DNA from: a virus
Taxonomy: Duplodnaviria > Heunggongvirae > Uroviricota > Caudoviricetes
Length of the DNA stretch: 64,000 nt
Strand: one strand, 5' to 3'
Virus record (IMG/VR): IMGVR_UViG_3300021431_000077
Span: 39,062 to 103,061 of that record
Shown: one piece after another, positions 55,145 to 64,000 of the stretch
How positions within the stretch are numbered: position 1 is the stretch's first letter
Layout of the letters: each line of letters opens with the position of its first letter
Position numbers and translations under genes: made by a program
Notes under the pieces: generated by a model
Seen by the model: only the letters and a program-made list of their open reading frames with translations
Told to the model about the DNA's origin: nothing
The model's database searches: none

Positions 55145-55384
55145 ATGGCAGAAGAAAAGAAAGTTCAATGGGGTGTACCGAGCCAGTTGGAAAACATAAC
55201 CGCCAACTTGCGTGTGAGCATTTCCTATCTTGATTTCAACAAAGCCAAAGTACAGGAAAAATTTGGCGACCGTACGGAAGAAATCTTTAATGTGCTGAAC
55301 GAAGTGAAGTCGTGGATGACAGAAGAATCCGAGATTATGCACAAGCAAATTGCAAGCGTCTTAGAAAACATCAATAGGAGATAA
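55145..55384 (+). CDS. hypothetical protein (79 aa)
   Basis: trimmed to MAEEKKV. Confidence 0.4.
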   Translation: MAEEKKVQWGVPSQLENITANLRVSISYLDFNKAKVQEKFGDRTEEIFNVLNEVKSWMTEESEIMHKQIASVLENINRR

Positions 55385-55385
55385 C

Positions 55386-55613
55386 ATGGATATTTCAAAA
55401 ATGCTGGTCAACAAGGCGACCGATAATTTCAGGAACAGCATCGAGCATATCATTGATTATATCGAAACGTCACAGAATCAAGGTCCGATGAACGATGGTG
55501 AAATCCTCGAAGCTGTCAAGCACAGATTGATAGGAATTTCCGAAGCGATTGCAATGACACAGGAAAACGACCGCATGCTTGATGCCGCAAACAACGCACC
55601 CAAGGTAGACTGA
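55386..55613 (+). CDS. hypothetical protein (75 aa)
   Basis: ORF track. Confidence 0.4.
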   Translation: MDISKMLVNKATDNFRNSIEHIIDYIETSQNQGPMNDGEILEAVKHRLIGISEAIAMTQENDRMLDAANNAPKVD

Positions 55614-55855
55614 TGAACAATCTGCAGTATTTTGTGAGAAATGCGAAGAACATTAGTAGGCTCATTGAGTCTGTGATGAACGAAAACTGCAAGACATGCC
55701 CTGCAAAGGCCTTCTGTTATGCAGATGGAAAGCGCAAGGAACAAAAGTATGAAACTTGCAGTGATGCGTTCATAGCATGGTCATTGAAGGAAAAGAAAAC
55801 AAGAAGCAAAAAGGACGCTGAACCTAGACCCTGTCTGGAAACCACAAACACCTGA
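55613..55855 (+). CDS. hypothetical Cys-containing protein (80 aa)
   Basis: ORF track. Confidence 0.4.
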   Translation: MNNLQYFVRNAKNISRLIESVMNENCKTCPAKAFCYADGKRKEQKYETCSDAFIAWSLKEKKTRSKKDAEPRPCLETTNT

Positions 55856-55862
55856 GGAAACT

Positions 55863-56099
55863 ATGAGCATCGGTCGTGAATACTATGACGAAGAGGGCAA
55901 CTACTGGCAGATTGAAACCCCGTATTACATCCCTCCCGCAGAAGCAATCAAGCACAAGGAATATGTCCGTGGGTTCAGGTCAGCCAAGGAAAGGGCTGCC
56001 GCAAAACGGTTCAAGCGTATGAACCGTACCCTCGAACTGGCAACAATTTCACTCGCTGTTATACTTGCAGTCGTTTGGTGTATTAAGGCATTCGCATGA
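55863..56099 (+). CDS. hypothetical protein with C-terminal TM (78 aa)
   Basis: ORF track. Confidence 0.4.
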   Translation: MSIGREYYDEEGNYWQIETPYYIPPAEAIKHKEYVRGFRSAKERAAAKRFKRMNRTLELATISLAVILAVVWCIKAFA

Positions 56100-56821
56100 A
56101 TTATTTACAACGAAAATCAGACATGAAATTTGCCCCAGAAGAGGCCCTTCTAGCCGATTATTTCGGGGAGGGTAACTATGTACCCTTCCATGCAAAACAG
56201 GTCCAGCAACGCAAGCTTCCGCTAAAAAGAGGGGACTTCCTAGCAGGTGGCATACAGGTTACTCTCCCCGCCCTGAGACAGTTGGGCGTAGAGTATAGCC
56301 ATACCGATTATCCAAAAGAATTGTCGATGTATCTCCACCGCAATGTGTGGCTTAGCACATTGAGGCGCATCCGTCTGCAGATTGACGCCGAGGGTGACAT
56401 TCCCTCCCTGTTCATTAAGCCGAGCAACAAACTGAAACGGTTTACTGGCTGTGTCGTAAGCACGATGGATGACCTTGCCCCATTAGCGCATATTGGCAAC
56501 ATCTTCATTCACTGTTCCGATGCTGTTCAGTGGTGTGTAGAATACCGTGTGCCAGTAATCAACGGCAAAATCCAAGGCTACTTCTGGTATGACGGGGACA
56601 AGAGCGTGATGGTCGATACCTCAGTTGTGGAACAGATGGTCAAGGACTTTGTTTCGGCCCCGTCAGCATACTGCCTTGACGTAGGCGTTCTTGGAACAGG
56701 CGAGACCGCACTGGTTGAAATGAACGACGCTTTCAGCATCGGTATGTACGAGGGTATGGAATCCTGTTATCCCGAATTGTTGATAACCCGATGGAAAGAA
56801 CTCACAGGGGGTAAGAAATGA
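56096..56821 (+). CDS. ATP-grasp-like protein (tentative)
   Basis: LFIKPSNKLKRFTGCVV and ALVEMNDAFSIG resemble ATP-grasp nucleotide/Mg-binding segments. Confidence 0.4.
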   Translation: MNYLQRKSDMKFAPEEALLADYFGEGNYVPFHAKQVQQRKLPLKRGDFLAGGIQVTLPALRQLGVEYSHTDYPKELSMYLHRNVWLSTLRRIRLQIDAEGDIPSLFIKPSNKLKRFTGCVVSTMDDLAPLAHIGNIFIHCSDAVQWCVEYRVPVINGKIQGYFWYDGDKSVMVDTSVVEQMVKDFVSAPSAYCLDVGVLGTGETALVEMNDAFSIGMYEGMESCYPELLITRWKELTGGKK

Positions 56822-57081
56822 TTGTCCGTATAACTGAAACCGTTTACAGCGAATACAGTGGAGTACATAAGCTGGAACCAGTCCTGTACAAGATTCCAGG
56901 AGAATTGCAGAAGATGGTTGACGATATCCACCGCATGTCAAGGGATAGCTCAGTCAAGGCAGACATCTTCTCCGCAGAACTGACCGACAGCGACAATCTA
57001 CTTTGTAATAATCCATTCCATAATAGTCCAAGTTGTAATAAGGAGGCGTCAGATGGTTGTGACACAGGAACGAGTGATTGA
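56818..57081 (+). CDS. hypothetical protein (87 aa)
   Basis: ORF track. Confidence 0.4.
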   Translation: MIVRITETVYSEYSGVHKLEPVLYKIPGELQKMVDDIHRMSRDSSVKADIFSAELTDSDNLLCNNPFHNSPSCNKEASDGCDTGTSD

Positions 57082-57229
57082 TTGGCTCGAACGTCAGATA
57101 GGATTCGTGAAGGCGAACCACCTCGAAAATTTCCTTATGACAAATGGAGGCGACCTGAAGATGGAGCCAGACCATCCTAACCTATGCACCCTCGTCATAT
57201 ATGACCCGAGGCTTCCAGCAATAGGATGA
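57053..57229 (+). CDS. small hypothetical protein (58 aa), not in ORF track
   Basis: strong RBS taaggaggcgtcagATG. Confidence 0.4.
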   Translation: MVVTQERVIDWLERQIGFVKANHLENFLMTNGGDLKMEPDHPNLCTLVIYDPRLPAIG

Positions 57230-57254
57230 AAAAAAATCTTAAAAAATGTTCGAA

Positions 57255-57288
57255 CCCGCTTGACAATGCGGGTTTAATTATTTATATT
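57255..57288 (+). promoter_or_regulatory. terminator-promoter module CCCGC-ttgacaat-GCGGG + TTT; TTGACA-N17-TATATT
   Basis: seen in sequence. Confidence 0.65.
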
Positions 57289-57314
57289 GTAGGCATAGCA
57301 TAAGGAAATAGAAA

Positions 57315-57623
57315 ATGTCGAACCGATTGAAACTCCGTGTAGAACTGGCTGATGGATGCATTCTTGTAGGCGAGGTAATCAGCGTAGGAAGCAAACCACA
57401 GTCCCCAGAATACTTTGACAAACCTCAGATGAAGTGGTTTATGGACTTACTGACGGACACGCTAGGGAAGGTCGAAATTAACGCTCTCAACATCGTAAAA
57501 ATGGGACCAGACCCGATTAAGATGCAGGAATTCAAGGACCCTGTGGAGGTAGTCAACTACGTGATGGAGCTTATGCGGGTTGCCCAAAACATGCCCCTGA
57601 ACTTTCTGAACCCAAGAGAATAA
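57315..57623 (+). CDS. hypothetical protein (102 aa)
   Basis: ORF track. Confidence 0.45.
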   Translation: MSNRLKLRVELADGCILVGEVISVGSKPQSPEYFDKPQMKWFMDLLTDTLGKVEINALNIVKMGPDPIKMQEFKDPVEVVNYVMELMRVAQNMPLNFLNPRE

Positions 57624-57626
57624 CCT

Positions 57627-57857
57627 ATGAACAACCTGTTGAACCCAGCAAACCCTATTTCTCCCCTCAATCCGATTAACCCAGCATCGCCTTTACACTC
57701 AGGCCTGTTCAAGTCGCCCTCGGACACCCTATACAACATGGCTGCAGCTACATCAGCAACACAGAACGATATGCCCATGTTCGTCCTCGGTATGTTCCTT
57801 GGCATAGTATTCACTCTTATTCTAGGCGTATTCATCTTTCTATGGAAAAAAGGATAA
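57627..57857 (+). CDS. small membrane protein
   Basis: ORF track. Confidence 0.4.
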   Translation: MNNLLNPANPISPLNPINPASPLHSGLFKSPSDTLYNMAAATSATQNDMPMFVLGMFLGIVFTLILGVFIFLWKKG

Positions 57858-57859
57858 CA

Positions 57860-58099
57860 ATGAAAGTTAAAGAACTCAAACAACTTCTCGAAAATGTTGA
57901 TGACGAACTCGAACTGGTTGGTTACCAACATGGAATGGAACAATCTGGCCTCTTGCCAATCAGCAAGTATGATATGAAGACCCTGCAAGGGGAAATGGTC
58001 AAGCATAATACATGGGACAGGTTCGACGGCACTGACTACACTTATGAGGTGTTCGAAGAAAAGAAAGATGGCCAAATGAAAGTGTTTAGACTGTATTAA
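57860..58099 (+). CDS. hypothetical protein (79 aa)
   Basis: trimmed to MKVKELK. Confidence 0.4.
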   Translation: MKVKELKQLLENVDDELELVGYQHGMEQSGLLPISKYDMKTLQGEMVKHNTWDRFDGTDYTYEVFEEKKDGQMKVFRLY

Positions 58100-58110
58100 A
58101 GGTATTGACA

Positions 58111-58266
58111 ATGAAGAAACCACTCATAGCATTCAGAAACTGGTGCATCTGCACGGATAGCCCAATCATTTACTACTCCATCGTAGTACTGTCTTCCCTA
58201 GCCCTAGGCTTCTTTATCGCCTATGTATGGATTCCCTTAATGCAATGGATTCACACCTATGTCTGA
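58111..58266 (+). CDS. small membrane protein (51 aa), not in ORF track
   Basis: hand-translated. Confidence 0.3.
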   Translation: MKKPLIAFRNWCICTDSPIIYYSIVVLSSLALGFFIAYVWIPLMQWIHTYV

Positions 58267-58411
58267 AAAACAAGATGGCATGCCATACCTGATGTTCACA
58301 AACAGGGATACGAACCGTTTCTTGTGGAACACCAAGGCCCGCAAAGAGATTCTCGAAGCGAACCGACCGAAGAAACCGATTGAACCCGTTGAACAAGAAG
58401 ATGATGGCTAA
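58259..58411 (+). CDS. small hypothetical protein (50 aa), not in ORF track
   Basis: hand-translated; overlaps neighbours by few nt. Confidence 0.3.
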   Translation: MSEKQDGMPYLMFTNRDTNRFLWNTKARKEILEANRPKKPIEPVEQEDDG

Positions 58412-58730
58412 CACAAACAAATCAAAAGGTAAACCTATGTCCAAACCAATCGTAATCTCTCCCGAAGCGGCGAGCGAAGTAAACCAGAAAATCAAGGAAC
58501 TCAAAGAAACCCTCGAAAAGCACAACCTGCTCATGGTGTTCAATGTCGAAATCGGTGAGGGATTCCTGTTCCCGAACACATACAAGGTATGTTCTATTGA
58601 CGACCCCGAATACGACGAGGCGGACCCCACCGATTTGCCCATGTCCGTAGACGGCACCCAAACCAAGATTGGCGGCTGCATGTCCACGTTCGAAAAGTAT
58701 TACAACGCAATTATTCCAGCCAATAGGTAA
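58404..58730 (+). CDS. hypothetical protein (108 aa)
   Basis: ORF track trimmed. Confidence 0.4.
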   Translation: MANTNKSKGKPMSKPIVISPEAASEVNQKIKELKETLEKHNLLMVFNVEIGEGFLFPNTYKVCSIDDPEYDEADPTDLPMSVDGTQTKIGGCMSTFEKYYNAIIPANR

Positions 58731-58735
58731 ATATT

Positions 58736-59797
58736 ATGATGTCACTTGACGAATGCAAGAAACATGCGGCAAACGGGGAACCGTGCCAGATGATGACTCC
58801 TGATGGCAAATGGGTTCCGTTTAATGAAACACAAGTAATAACGAAGTTCCGTGTCGCTCCCCGTCTGTTCGAGAACAGCGGCCCGAGAATCGTGATGTAC
58901 TCCTTGCTCAGCCTCGAAAAAATGGTCGAACGCCATTTCCGCAACACATCATTGTGGATTGACTTGCCGCAATCTGGCTTCAAGGAAGACTGGACTTTGA
59001 CCGCTGGCTACCATGGCAAACTCGGTGCTCGTGACATAAGGGTTGAACCAAGTATCGAAGACCAGGTAAGAGCCGTATTGGGAAAACCGAAGACGGAATA
59101 TCTTGACCGTACGGATTTACGCCTCAGAGATATATTCAGAACGTATTTCCGTGTCCGTAAAGTAAAACCAACCGAGTACGAAGTCCAATGCCGCTCGCTG
59201 ACGAAAGCCCCAGACGATAAAAACTGGATTACCATATTCAGGGTGAAACAGGAGCATTTCAAGGAACACGACGATTTCAATCTTGCCTCTAAGGATGCGC
59301 CTCTTAGCTGGTGCATCGAAACCTGCGCTGATTACTCGTATATCCCGAAAGAATGGAAGGAAAGGCTTGGAACATACCAGTATAGTACAACTGAGCGATA
59401 TCGAATCAAGCAACAGCGTATCAAGAGCGTATCAAAAATAACGCCATGCGGAACCGAGATTCTCAACAACATCGCACTCTGGATTTGCAACTACCTGACG
59501 TTCATCAGCCATATCGACATGAACCTGAAGGACTTCTCGGATTTCATCGAGAATAACATGGAAAAGACAGACAGCCCGACTCACCGTCTGGCTACACCAG
59601 GATGGACTCCGAACAACAGGAGCCTTGTCAGCTACTACCAGTACAGCGAATTTGCAAAATATCGAGATGCCGCCCTTGGGAGACGCCAGTATGATGAAAA
59701 CGGGTACTTGGATTACCGACAGGCACACGCAATCCTTCTGCGATACTTCAATATGAAATATCACGGGACCATCTATGAAGTGAGAGAGAAACAGTAG
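58736..59797 (+). CDS. hypothetical protein (353 aa)
   Basis: ORF track. Confidence 0.5.
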   Translation: MMSLDECKKHAANGEPCQMMTPDGKWVPFNETQVITKFRVAPRLFENSGPRIVMYSLLSLEKMVERHFRNTSLWIDLPQSGFKEDWTLTAGYHGKLGARDIRVEPSIEDQVRAVLGKPKTEYLDRTDLRLRDIFRTYFRVRKVKPTEYEVQCRSLTKAPDDKNWITIFRVKQEHFKEHDDFNLASKDAPLSWCIETCADYSYIPKEWKERLGTYQYSTTERYRIKQQRIKSVSKITPCGTEILNNIALWICNYLTFISHIDMNLKDFSDFIENNMEKTDSPTHRLATPGWTPNNRSLVSYYQYSEFAKYRDAALGRRQYDENGYLDYRQAHAILLRYFNMKYHGTIYEVREKQ

Positions 59798-59846
59798 TTC
59801 ATTAAGCGATATAAAACCAAATCTAATCCAATCAGGAGATAACACC

Positions 59847-60251
59847 ATGTTCAAACGAGAACTTACCAACCTAGAAGAAAGACTTTACGACTTCCTCGAC
59901 TTCGCAGACAGCACCCTAGAATACGATGTCTCCCAGAAGTCATGGGAAAGGCTTCGTGAAGCGATGAAACGCTGCAAGGAAGACTGCAAGGTGAAATACG
60001 GAGTCATCAACAACGGTTACTCCCTCCATGTTGAACTCCCCTTCGATGTAGACAAGTACATGAAACAGAAGCAGAACAACCTCATGCAGGACATGAAGGA
60101 AGACCCAGCAGCCAACAAGCTCGGCGAATTCATCGTCAACCAACTCGGCATCAACCTCGTCTCCGTCGATGGCATCAAGGTCGAAAGACAGCATGACGGC
60201 CAGATTACCGATATCCACATCGCTTTCATACCTGCACCAAAGGAAGCATAG
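59847..60251 (+). CDS. hypothetical protein (134 aa)
   Basis: ORF track; RBS caggagat. Confidence 0.45.
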   Translation: MFKRELTNLEERLYDFLDFADSTLEYDVSQKSWERLREAMKRCKEDCKVKYGVINNGYSLHVELPFDVDKYMKQKQNNLMQDMKEDPAANKLGEFIVNQLGINLVSVDGIKVERQHDGQITDIHIAFIPAPKEA

Positions 60252-60253
60252 TT

Positions 60254-60682
60254 ATGACCAAGCCAGTTAAACCTGTGTCACTTTCCATGTTCACTTACTA
60301 CAACGACTTGAAGAACCTCTGCAACAACGAAGTTTACCAGTTCAAGAGACCTGCTCCTTGGGACAAGGAAAAGGAAGTGAATGCTGCCCACTGGATTTTC
60401 AGTGAGGAATACGCCCTTAACCACGACGGGTTCGAACTCTTCTGGCATACACCTGGAGTTATGGACGGCGGCGTGTATGTCGTCGCCAAGTTCCCAAAGG
60501 ACGGCCACAAGGACACCCTCGTGGTAGAAGCACATAAGGACGGTTTCGTTCCAATGGGTGTCCTCAAAAGTACCGAAATCAAGCTGGAACGTGGAAAGAA
60601 TAGGATGATTCGCCTCTACTATGGCGAACTAACGAATGAATTCAAGGTCTACTTTGTGGATGAACAAAATAAATCAAATTAG
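60254..60682 (+). CDS. hypothetical protein (142 aa)
   Basis: ORF track. Confidence 0.45.
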   Translation: MTKPVKPVSLSMFTYYNDLKNLCNNEVYQFKRPAPWDKEKEVNAAHWIFSEEYALNHDGFELFWHTPGVMDGGVYVVAKFPKDGHKDTLVVEAHKDGFVPMGVLKSTEIKLERGKNRMIRLYYGELTNEFKVYFVDEQNKSN

Positions 60683-60691
60683 AGGTAACCT

Positions 60692-60952
60692 ATGTCACTG
60701 AAAGCAAAAAGAATGATTTCTGTCTACTTCTTCGCCCTCACCGCCTTGTCGCTCGGATTGGGCATGGTGTCCCTCCGTCACTTTTCAATGATTGGTTGGC
60801 TCCTCCTGTCACTCCAAGTCGAACTTGGCATCCTTATCTTCAGCCTGATGATAATTGGCATTATAGTAGGATGCGGTTGGGCTATGACAGGCGATGCTCA
60901 CCAGTCGTTCATGTCCTATCTCAAATTTATCTTCAAGCATGTGTTGGAGTGA
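60692..60952 (+). CDS. small membrane protein
   Basis: ORF track. Confidence 0.4.
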   Translation: MSLKAKRMISVYFFALTALSLGLGMVSLRHFSMIGWLLLSLQVELGILIFSLMIIGIIVGCGWAMTGDAHQSFMSYLKFIFKHVLE

Positions 60953-60955
60953 CCA

Positions 60956-61237
60956 ATGGCCGTACACTACTCGATGCTCTGCAACCCCCGAAATGACGGG
61001 GACGGTAGGGCCCTTGCCGAGGAACTGAGGAAGCACCTGACCGAAAGCCTAGTGGCGTTCACCGTCAATAAGAACAAGGATGAGTTCGTCAGGATGACCT
61101 CCTGCCGATACCTCTCCGATGGCGACATCAGGGTTTGCTTCATTATGGGCGACATGATGCCGCAACAACTTACCGACTACCTGTATGCCCATCAGGATGA
61201 ACTGGGCATAGACATAATGGAAGCGGGAAAAGATTAA
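60956..61237 (+). CDS. hypothetical protein (93 aa)
   Basis: ORF track. Confidence 0.4.
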   Translation: MAVHYSMLCNPRNDGDGRALAEELRKHLTESLVAFTVNKNKDEFVRMTSCRYLSDGDIRVCFIMGDMMPQQLTDYLYAHQDELGIDIMEAGKD

Positions 61238-61245
61238 AAAATCCC

Positions 61246-61274
61246 TTGACAACCCGCCTTTAATTACCTATATT
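61246..61274 (+). promoter_or_regulatory. promoter TTGACA-N17-TATATT placed only 6 nt before ATG 61281 (leaderless or near-leaderless mRNA)
   Basis: seen in sequence. Confidence 0.5.
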
Positions 61275-61280
61275 ATAAGC

Positions 61281-61892
61281 ATGGCTGAACAGAAATACAC
61301 ATTATTCTCCGCTGGCGAACTCGAAAACGAAATCGCTGGCAAATGGGCTTACCAACCCCTCGGCTTGCTTATGGTATATGCCAGCAAGCTCGCAGACGAG
61401 TTCTACGAGGGTGTCAACGATACCGTCGGCCCCATGCTGCAGGACACCGTTGACGACCTCTATGACTCCTATGCAGAAATAAAGGACGAGAACATCAAGG
61501 TCAAATCCCTCAAACAACTCAGGGCATGGCTTGACGCTGTCATCCATGCTTTCGAAGTGATTGAAACCACCGTGACAGACCCTGCCATACGTGGAGTGTT
61601 CGAAAACAAGGTCACAGGTGTCGGTGCAGGCCCCCTCGGCACCCTAGTAGGATTTTCTTCAAACCTCTGGCACGATACCTCCAAGGCCATCGCATACAAA
61701 ATCGGAACACCCCTCCGTGAATCCGTGGACAGCTACTACGCCAAGGACAAGCAAATAACGGACAATAACGCAAGGATGAAAGCCCTCAAACGTATTCGGG
61801 TTTGGCTCGATGTCGTAATAGACGCTGTCTCCTATGTCGAAGAAAGAACCGACAACTCAGATTTCACCCTCCCGAAAAAGGAGTCCAAATGA
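61281..61892 (+). CDS. hypothetical protein (203 aa) with internal duplication (LKQLRAWLDAVIHAFEV / LKRIRVWLDVVIDAVSY)
   Basis: ORF track. Confidence 0.5.
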   Translation: MAEQKYTLFSAGELENEIAGKWAYQPLGLLMVYASKLADEFYEGVNDTVGPMLQDTVDDLYDSYAEIKDENIKVKSLKQLRAWLDAVIHAFEVIETTVTDPAIRGVFENKVTGVGAGPLGTLVGFSSNLWHDTSKAIAYKIGTPLRESVDSYYAKDKQITDNNARMKALKRIRVWLDVVIDAVSYVEERTDNSDFTLPKKESK

Positions 61893-62242
61893 AACAGATT
61901 GCATGCATCTATGCAGAACACGCTGACGCACCAAGAGTGTCGGGAGCAATCACGCTTGCCAAATGGAATATCGACAAGTTTGACAACCTCGATAAGCTCG
62001 TCAACTACCTTAAAAACGAAATGAAGGAAATATGGATGTACTGCAACGGCCAGTCCGTAGCCGCAGCCACATTGCCCCGAACACAGATGATTAAATACTT
62101 CTGGTCCAAACGCCCGACCAAAATCACAATCACCTTCAAGGACGGAACCAAGAAAGATTACCCCATAGAGTACAACAAGGGCGACGAACACCTGCCCAAT
62201 ACCCTGTATAGGAAACCCCTCGGATATAAGGCGTATTTATAA
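61889..62242 (+). CDS. hypothetical protein (117 aa)
   Basis: trimmed; RBS aaaaaggagtcc. Confidence 0.45.
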   Translation: MKQIACIYAEHADAPRVSGAITLAKWNIDKFDNLDKLVNYLKNEMKEIWMYCNGQSVAAATLPRTQMIKYFWSKRPTKITITFKDGTKKDYPIEYNKGDEHLPNTLYRKPLGYKAYL

Positions 62243-62254
62243 GGACTCAACATA

Positions 62255-62650
62255 ATGTCAAAAACAGAAACTATTGTAAAGGTAATAGTATTCGTGATGA
62301 TAGGTGTGTTTGCAACTGCTGGCGTCAAACAACTTATCAAAGAGATGGATGCCCACGATACCGAAGTCAAGAAGGAACAATCCACGGAAATCCATTCCGA
62401 AATCTATATCCCCGTACCCAATAAATACCGCAGAACGAGTGCCGATTACAGCAGGGGCTACTATGTCTGCAGCAAGTACATGGAAACCCATATTACATCC
62501 CCGCACTTCGAATGCTTCGGGTCCCTCTACTCCTGTAACGGCATGCCCGTTGTCAAGTGCGCCGATGGAACCGCCTATTTCAACCCCACCGATTTGAAAC
62601 TCGACGGGGCCCAACTCCTTAACCACAACCAGATTTTTCCAATAAGGTAA
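62255..62650 (+). CDS. membrane-anchored protein (131 aa)
   Basis: ORF track. Confidence 0.45.
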   Translation: MSKTETIVKVIVFVMIGVFATAGVKQLIKEMDAHDTEVKKEQSTEIHSEIYIPVPNKYRRTSADYSRGYYVCSKYMETHITSPHFECFGSLYSCNGMPVVKCADGTAYFNPTDLKLDGAQLLNHNQIFPIR

Positions 62651-62655
62651 CAACT

Positions 62656-63063
62656 ATGTCAAGACATACCACAGAACTCGAATATGACTTTGAAAAACAC
62701 ATGGACGACCCAGTTAAAATCCGCCTCGTCCATGACTTCGAAGACGAATACGCAATGGAATTCTGCCTCCTGAACGAAAGACCCCATTGGTATCAGGTTC
62801 AGGAGTATTTCCGTACTCTCGACCATACCTATGAACCTGGCTCAGGATGTAGTTGCCACGGCGTATGGAGCACCCGTTGGTTCACCGTCAAAGACCTCGA
62901 CCACGCCAAGAAGATTCTCGAACATTACAGGGCGAAAATCAAGACAGCTGGCGATATCTACAACCTCTTCATTGAAAAGGGCATCCGTGAGCGTGAACGA
63001 GATATGGAAGCCTACAAGAAGTATAGGGCAGAGCGTGATGCCATCCCAGACTGTATCGAATAA
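62656..63063 (+). CDS. hypothetical protein (135 aa)
   Basis: ORF track. Confidence 0.45.
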   Translation: MSRHTTELEYDFEKHMDDPVKIRLVHDFEDEYAMEFCLLNERPHWYQVQEYFRTLDHTYEPGSGCSCHGVWSTRWFTVKDLDHAKKILEHYRAKIKTAGDIYNLFIEKGIRERERDMEAYKKYRAERDAIPDCIE

Positions 63064-63081
63064 CCATAACGGAGGACAACA

Positions 63082-63273
63082 ATGAATCAAAAACTTAAAT
63101 TAAAGGAATTTATTGAACAAGTCCGTGATAGAATCATGGCCGACCACAAAGTGTCCGAAAAAGAGGCATATGATATTGCTACTTTTGACGAAGATACTGT
63201 CAAAACATGGTGGAAGGAGAATGTACCCGTAGATGAAGCGGCATTAATGCAATGGAATCAATGGAATCGCTAA
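63082..63273 (+). CDS. hypothetical protein (63 aa)
   Basis: ORF track; RBS acggaggaca. Confidence 0.4.
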   Translation: MNQKLKLKEFIEQVRDRIMADHKVSEKEAYDIATFDEDTVKTWWKENVPVDEAALMQWNQWNR

Positions 63274-63290
63274 TACGAAAGGACAATACA

Positions 63291-63833
63291 ATGTCAGAAC
63301 AAAAGTATAGTCAGTTCAAGCATGCCGACGAAATCACATCAGACACGATGATGATGTACGCAGACAAGTTAGAAGCGATGATTGCCAAGCACAAGGATAA
63401 AATCCCTCAGGATGCAATCGACCGCTTCTACGAACATTTTCCAACCCTAGCCTATCTGTTCAGTGGACGACTCAACGAACTCGCCCCCGTTCAGAACAGG
63501 TTTACCGACGAAGAAATCAAGATGTTCAAGGATACGCTGGAAAAATGCGGCTTCAAGGCAACCAAGTTCGTAGACTCCGTTCAATCCTACGATAAGCCCC
63601 AGTATGACCGCCATGACTATATCGCAGGAAACGATAAAGCCCTCGTCTCCATCCTGAAGTACAGTATCACCCCAGTGTGGGACCGCTTCGACAAGGGTCA
63701 CGCCGATAACGAATACAGTGTCCTGATGGCAAGCCCAGGTGGAAGAGGAACCCCTGTCCCCTATGGCGCAAAGACACGATGCAGGTCTATGGAAGCACTC
63801 TGTGACACGCTGGAACGAATCCTGATACGATAA
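63291..63833 (+). CDS. hypothetical protein (180 aa)
   Basis: trimmed to MSEQKYS. Confidence 0.45.
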   Translation: MSEQKYSQFKHADEITSDTMMMYADKLEAMIAKHKDKIPQDAIDRFYEHFPTLAYLFSGRLNELAPVQNRFTDEEIKMFKDTLEKCGFKATKFVDSVQSYDKPQYDRHDYIAGNDKALVSILKYSITPVWDRFDKGHADNEYSVLMASPGGRGTPVPYGAKTRCRSMEALCDTLERILIR

Positions 63834-63850
63834 AAAATAAAATATCCCCA

Positions 63851-63879
63851 TTGACATTTAATTGGGTATTTTCTATATT
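63851..63879 (+). promoter_or_regulatory. promoter TTGACA-N17-TATATT with imperfect flanking hairpin
   Basis: seen in sequence. Confidence 0.55.
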
Positions 63880-63911
63880 TTAACAAGGAAACTACAAAAA
63901 AGGAATAAAAC

Positions 63912-64000
63912 TATGCTTGATTTCCTGTTTGGAAACAATGAAAAAAGTGCAGTCCTAGACTGGCTCGTGGAACATGATAACGGTGATTATCATGGCTTTT
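63912..64000 (+). CDS. hypothetical protein, 5' partial at window end
   Basis: ATG after RBS aaaaaggaat; runs off window. Confidence 0.35.

Noticed and set aside
1-64000. Interpreting the window as ordinary bacterial chromosome because of clpX, glf, lemA, nadR and pnuC
   Set aside because: Gene density, dozens of tiny co-directional ORFs with no recognisable functions, repeated consensus promoter and terminator cassettes, zinc-ribbon proteins and anti-defence-type genes fit a large phage or prophage far better.

Overview
This 64 kb window looks like the non-structural (early/accessory) part of a large phage or prophage-like mobile element. It is not ordinary bacterial chromosome: about 130 tightly packed, mostly small ORFs sit in long co-directional blocks (plus 2.1-30.4 kb, minus 30.4-37.3 kb, plus 37.4-64 kb), and no structural or integrase genes are recognisable. 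Over 20 near-consensus sigma70-type promoters (TTGACA-N16/17-TATATT) recur, several with the -35 hexamer sitting in the loop of a GC hairpin that is followed by a T-run (a combined terminator and promoter). Start codons are usually preceded by AGGAG-type ribosome-binding sites, which argues against a Bacteroidota host.

Recognisable content:
- Interference-only type I-F-like CRISPR-Cas: a complete but minimal module made of an HD-helicase Cas3 without a Cas2 fusion, two Cascade-like genes, a Cas6f-like gene, and a 9-10 repeat array with 28-nt repeats. No cas1 or cas2 is present.
- A five-member paralogous family sharing a conserved N-terminal motif M[KR]TIRxxVFETNSSSxHA, followed by unrelated bodies.
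- 7-deazaguanine biosynthesis genes: QueC-like and a radical SAM protein.
- UDP-galactopyranose mutase (glf).
- ClpX.
- LemA and TPM-domain proteins.
- An SPFH (band-7) protein.
- An NAD salvage pair, PnuC and NadR.
- A tRNA-repair set: RtcB, a PTH2-like protein, a tRNA-like element and tRNA-Arg(CCG).
- A SpoT-type HD hydrolase and a calcineurin-like phosphoesterase.
- An ATP-grasp protein.
- Several zinc-ribbon proteins.
- At least one roughly 300-nt structured non-coding region flanked by a promoter and a terminator.

Functions were inferred from sequence motifs that I recognise by eye. No database search was possible.
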